64,000 nucleotides of DNA from Zancudomyces culisetae HAW-14-8 (Eukaryota > Fungi > Kickxellomycota): positions 1-64,000 of the forward strand of contig JBNJNM010000007.1 of the NCBI GenBank assembly GCA_052426225.1. Reading direction: 5' to 3'. Each line of letters begins with the position of its first letter. Positions within the stretch are counted from its first letter, which is position 1. Below are positions 60,401 through 64,000 of this stretch, piece by piece. The position numbers and the translations under genes are program-made. Under the pieces are notes generated by a model. That model saw nothing but the letters and a program-made list of their open reading frames with translations. It was not told the origin of the DNA and did no database searches.

Positions 60401-63400
60401 CATTGTCTCCAAACTGTCTCATCCTCATTTGTTGCGCCATCAGTGCTGAACTGTAATTCAATGATCCATGTACATACTCGCCTTGTTGTTCCCACCAAAT
60501 ACTTCCCGTAACATTTGTCATATCAACCACTATCATTGGTAATTCTGTACGTTGTCCTGCGATTTGTTTTGGTGACTCGACTCGCATTGTTGTCTTTTCT
60601 CTTGCCCCAAATCCATATCCATATCCATATCCATTTCCATATCCAGACCCAGATCCGTATCCGTATCCGTACCCATTTCCATTTCCATTTCCATTTCCAC
60701 TTCCATTTCCATTTCCATATCCGTATCCATATCTATATCCTTCTTCTCCTTCTTCTCCTTCCTCCTCTTCACTAGTATATCCACTCTCTCCTCCAATTCC
60801 TCCAATTCCTCTTCCATAACTTCTTCCTTCTCCTTTACTTCCTCCTATTCCTTCTTCATTCCCTACTCCCTCACCTCTCGTTCCCGTCTCTGTAAGTGAT
60901 AAGGATGTAGACTTCCCTCCCAATCCTTCTTCATATTGCGAATCCTGTTGCTGCGTTGAATTATGGTCTTCATACTCACCATTCCGTCCTGATTGCTTCC
61001 ATTTGTTGTTTTTCTGTTTAATCTCTACCTCACATACATCCTTACTGTTCCAATCTCTTATAACTATTTCCTTGATAAACGCCATAAATCTTGGCGTCGC
61101 TCCCATCACTATAATCTCTTTACTCCTCAACCATCTGTATACTTTCTCGTATCCATTTTCCATTCCTTTGTACCCTCCGCCTTGTCGCATACTTATTTCT
61201 TCTCCTGTCCATCTCTGTCCCTCTCCTTCTCCTTCTACTCCCATTGTTTCATCTCTTTTCTTTTCTTCTTTCTCAATCTCTCCTTCTGCCTCATTAATAT
61301 ATCGCTCTATTACTCCCGATACTTCACTACTACTATCATCATTAACTCCTCCTTTTTTCTCTTTTCCTTTCTCTTTCTCTTTTTCTTTTTGATTTGCCTT
61401 TTGATTTACTTTATTTTCTTCTTGTCTCTTAAATACATTTTCATTCATCTCTTGTGTAGGCTGTGTAGGATGTGTGAGTTGTGTAGGATGTGTAGGATGT
61501 GTAGGTTGTGTCTCGCTATCTTTTTGTACTCCTTCTTCTCTTTCTTTATACGATAACATCTTTCCAGCTCCAGCTCCAACTCCAACTCCAACTCCAACCC
61601 CTCCTCTTTCTTCATCATAACTATTCACTTGTCTCATCAATGGTAATCTTACTCCAAATATCGATCCCAAATTCGGCTCCGATTTTACCCACACATCTCC
61701 TCCCATAATCTGCGCTAACGACTTTACCAAATAAAGCCCCAATCCCGTTCCCAACTGTGCCTTTTGGTTACCATTGCCCCCTACTTGCACAAACTCCCGA
61801 AACAACTGCGTCTGAAGCTCCGCTGGAATCCCACATCCTGTATCTTCCACCCGTATCTCCACATCCGTTTTAAACACCGTCGACTTAATCTCCTTTATCA
61901 CCACCTTCACCTCTCCTCCTGGCTTGGTAAACTTGATCGCATTCGACAACAAATTCAATATTATCTGCCTAATCCGCCCCGAATCTCCTATAAAATGCCT
62001 CGGTACTGTATGTGGATAGTCTATCAACAACTCCAACCGGTTCTCCGTCGTTGAATTTATCATTATCTGTGCTATACTCAATACCAACACATACAAATCA
62101 AATTCTACCGGCTGTATCTTCATCTTCTTTGCCCCCAACTTGCTCACATCCAATATCGTATTCAGCAAATCACACAAATGAAGACTCGCATTGTTGATAT
62201 GTCCAATCGTCACCCGTGTCTCCGCATCCAACGTATCGTCATCTATCAACAACTCGGTCCATCCTATAATCGCACTCGTCGGCGTCCTCAACTCATGTGA
62301 AAGCTGTGATACCAATTGCATCTGTCTTTTACTTACATCCGACGCCGATTGTGACGCTGCACACGCCTTTACCACCAACACTCCCACTACCCTTGACACT
62401 AATATCCCTATCACACAAAATATCCCCGAAAGCCACATCGTTTCTATCCCTCGCTCTCCCACCTTCACCCGTATTCTTTTCCACTCTGTAATTACATTCA
62501 TTATATTTATCTCTCCCTCTTTTCCTCCTAAACTCCAAGTTGCTGCTTTTATATAAAACTCTGTATCTGGTGCTATAAACATCACTATCACTACATATAT
62601 TCCTATCATAATCACCATATCTGTCTTCACAAGCCTCTTTAAACTCAACCCCACCATAAGCATTATGTACCCTACATGTATCGGTGTCTCTATCGCTGAC
62701 CAATCCCTTACCCCAACATTTATCACCGCTAATCCCATCATCACATAATTTCCCATGTTTATAAAATACCTTTTGCTTTTCACTTTATCTGTATAATATA
62801 GTACACCCGCAACTGTCGCCAATAGTAATACCCACCTTATTCTATATACACCACTCAGAACCCCCAAAATTCCACTAAACCCCCTCACATCCAATCTTCC
62901 CAGCAGACTCTGTATTCTCTTTTGCTGGAGCTCTCCAATTGCCAAATTCATTACTTTTGCTACCGGTGCTTGAATACTATTCTGCATCTCCCCCTCCAAC
63001 CCATACCCATACATATACCCTGAATCTGTAATCGTCGACTTCCCAAAATACACTTGTAGTATTTTCGATATCATTATCATTATTATAAATGCATAAAACC
63101 CCCTCGCCAATATTACATTTGAAAAAAAACTGTCTAGGTACTCCAAATCATCTTGTGTTGGTTCTGGTATAACCACCGAAATTATCCATTTGTATATACT
63201 GCTTATCCTGTTCAGAAATTCATTCCGTTCTGCTTTACCCGATTGCCTTGACATCCTAAAAAACCATATCCCACCCTTCTTCTTCTTCTTTCTCTTCTTT
63301 TTCTTGTTGTCGTTGTTGTTGTTGTTGTTATTGCTGTTGCTGTTGCTATTGCTATTGCTATTTCTATTGCTATTAATGTTATTTCTTCGCCCTTTATACT

Positions 63401-63599
63401 GCTCCTTTTTTGATAATGTCGTGCTTTTCGAGTTTGCTCTTGGCTTTGTTTGCTCAGTTGTTTCAACGCCTTTGTTGAACCGCGCAACTTCTGCATCTAC
63501 TTCGCCTCCCACAAGTATATCCTCGGTATTTTCATTCTCTGAGCTTTTAAACATTTTCGACTCGATCATTTTTTTAACACTCCAGCCGTTTCTATTCAT
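55329..63599 (-). CDS. Membrane hybrid histidine kinase (TM-HisKA-HATPase_c-receiver), 2756 aa, with extensive low-complexity inserts
   Basis: SHELRTP H-box, NLLSNAIKFT, DTGCGI, GTGLGL; receiver ILVADDNPVNR..FMDIQMPNVDG..LLKP; several hydrophobic helices before HisKA. Confidence 0.95.
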
Positions 63600-64000
63600 T
63601 CTAGTTTTATCATAGTATTGTACTTTTTCATATCGGCTTATATTTCCCTCCCTCTTTTATCGGTCTTGTTCTCGCTTTCTTTCCTGTTTTTCCTTTTTTT
63701 TTTCTTTACCAAATTTGAATATCACTGTTTTACTCTCTTTAAATCCAATTTTCTTTTTTCTTTTCCTTTACTGTTCTCATTCACAATAAAATAAAAAGGA
63801 ATAAAAAGAGGTACTAATTTCAATAGTAATATCGTTTATCGTATCTCGTCTCGTTATTTACTTTTTTTTTCTATGCTAAATTTTAATTATAACCTCACCA
63901 TCACATTAATTGTTATATTTAGTACAAATTTGTCTTTGCTATATTATTAATATTATTAATATTACTAATATTCAAAAGTTTTAATTGCACTTTGCACTTT

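Noticed and set aside
55343-63615. Many overlapping or antisense ORFs (poly-L, poly-I, poly-T)
   Set aside because: Shadows of the repeat-rich kinase ORF; simple repeats lack stops in other frames.
1-64000. tRNA, rRNA, CRISPR array, telomere-linked helicase
   Set aside because: No cloverleaf, rRNA-like segment, repeat-spacer array or helicase motifs recognised by eye; a covariance-model scan would be needed to exclude small RNAs.

Overview
Left end of a low-GC fungal chromosome (intron-containing genes and a Fungal_trans-domain protein; an early-diverging lineage is only an inference). 1-1530: (CCCTAA)n telomere with a proximal (CCCTAT)n variant block. 1534-16300: nested dead mobile elements. 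A probable Penelope-like retroelement relic abuts the telomere and is interrupted by a tandem LTR-int-LTR-int-LTR Ty3/Gypsy chromovirus (each gag carrying the same 392-bp solo-LTR-like insert) and by a Tc1 DD34E transposon. 17000-31700: accessory subtelomere with three copies each of two unknown small gene families. Family A is a ~75-80 aa protein without a signal peptide. Family B is a secreted Cys-containing, beta/gamma-crystallin-like protein, one copy with a poly-His insert. They occur as A-B neighbours around a Fungal_trans transcription factor lacking a Zn cluster; this is the best candidate for an undescribed system. 33700-43600: carboxylesterase-like relic, cytochrome P450, GH17 glucanase. 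44000-63600: divergent NAG1-DAC1 GlcNAc catabolism pair, SLC1 (GC-AG intron), verprolin and a 2756-aa microsatellite-inflated hybrid histidine kinase. All calls come from manual reading; no searches were run.
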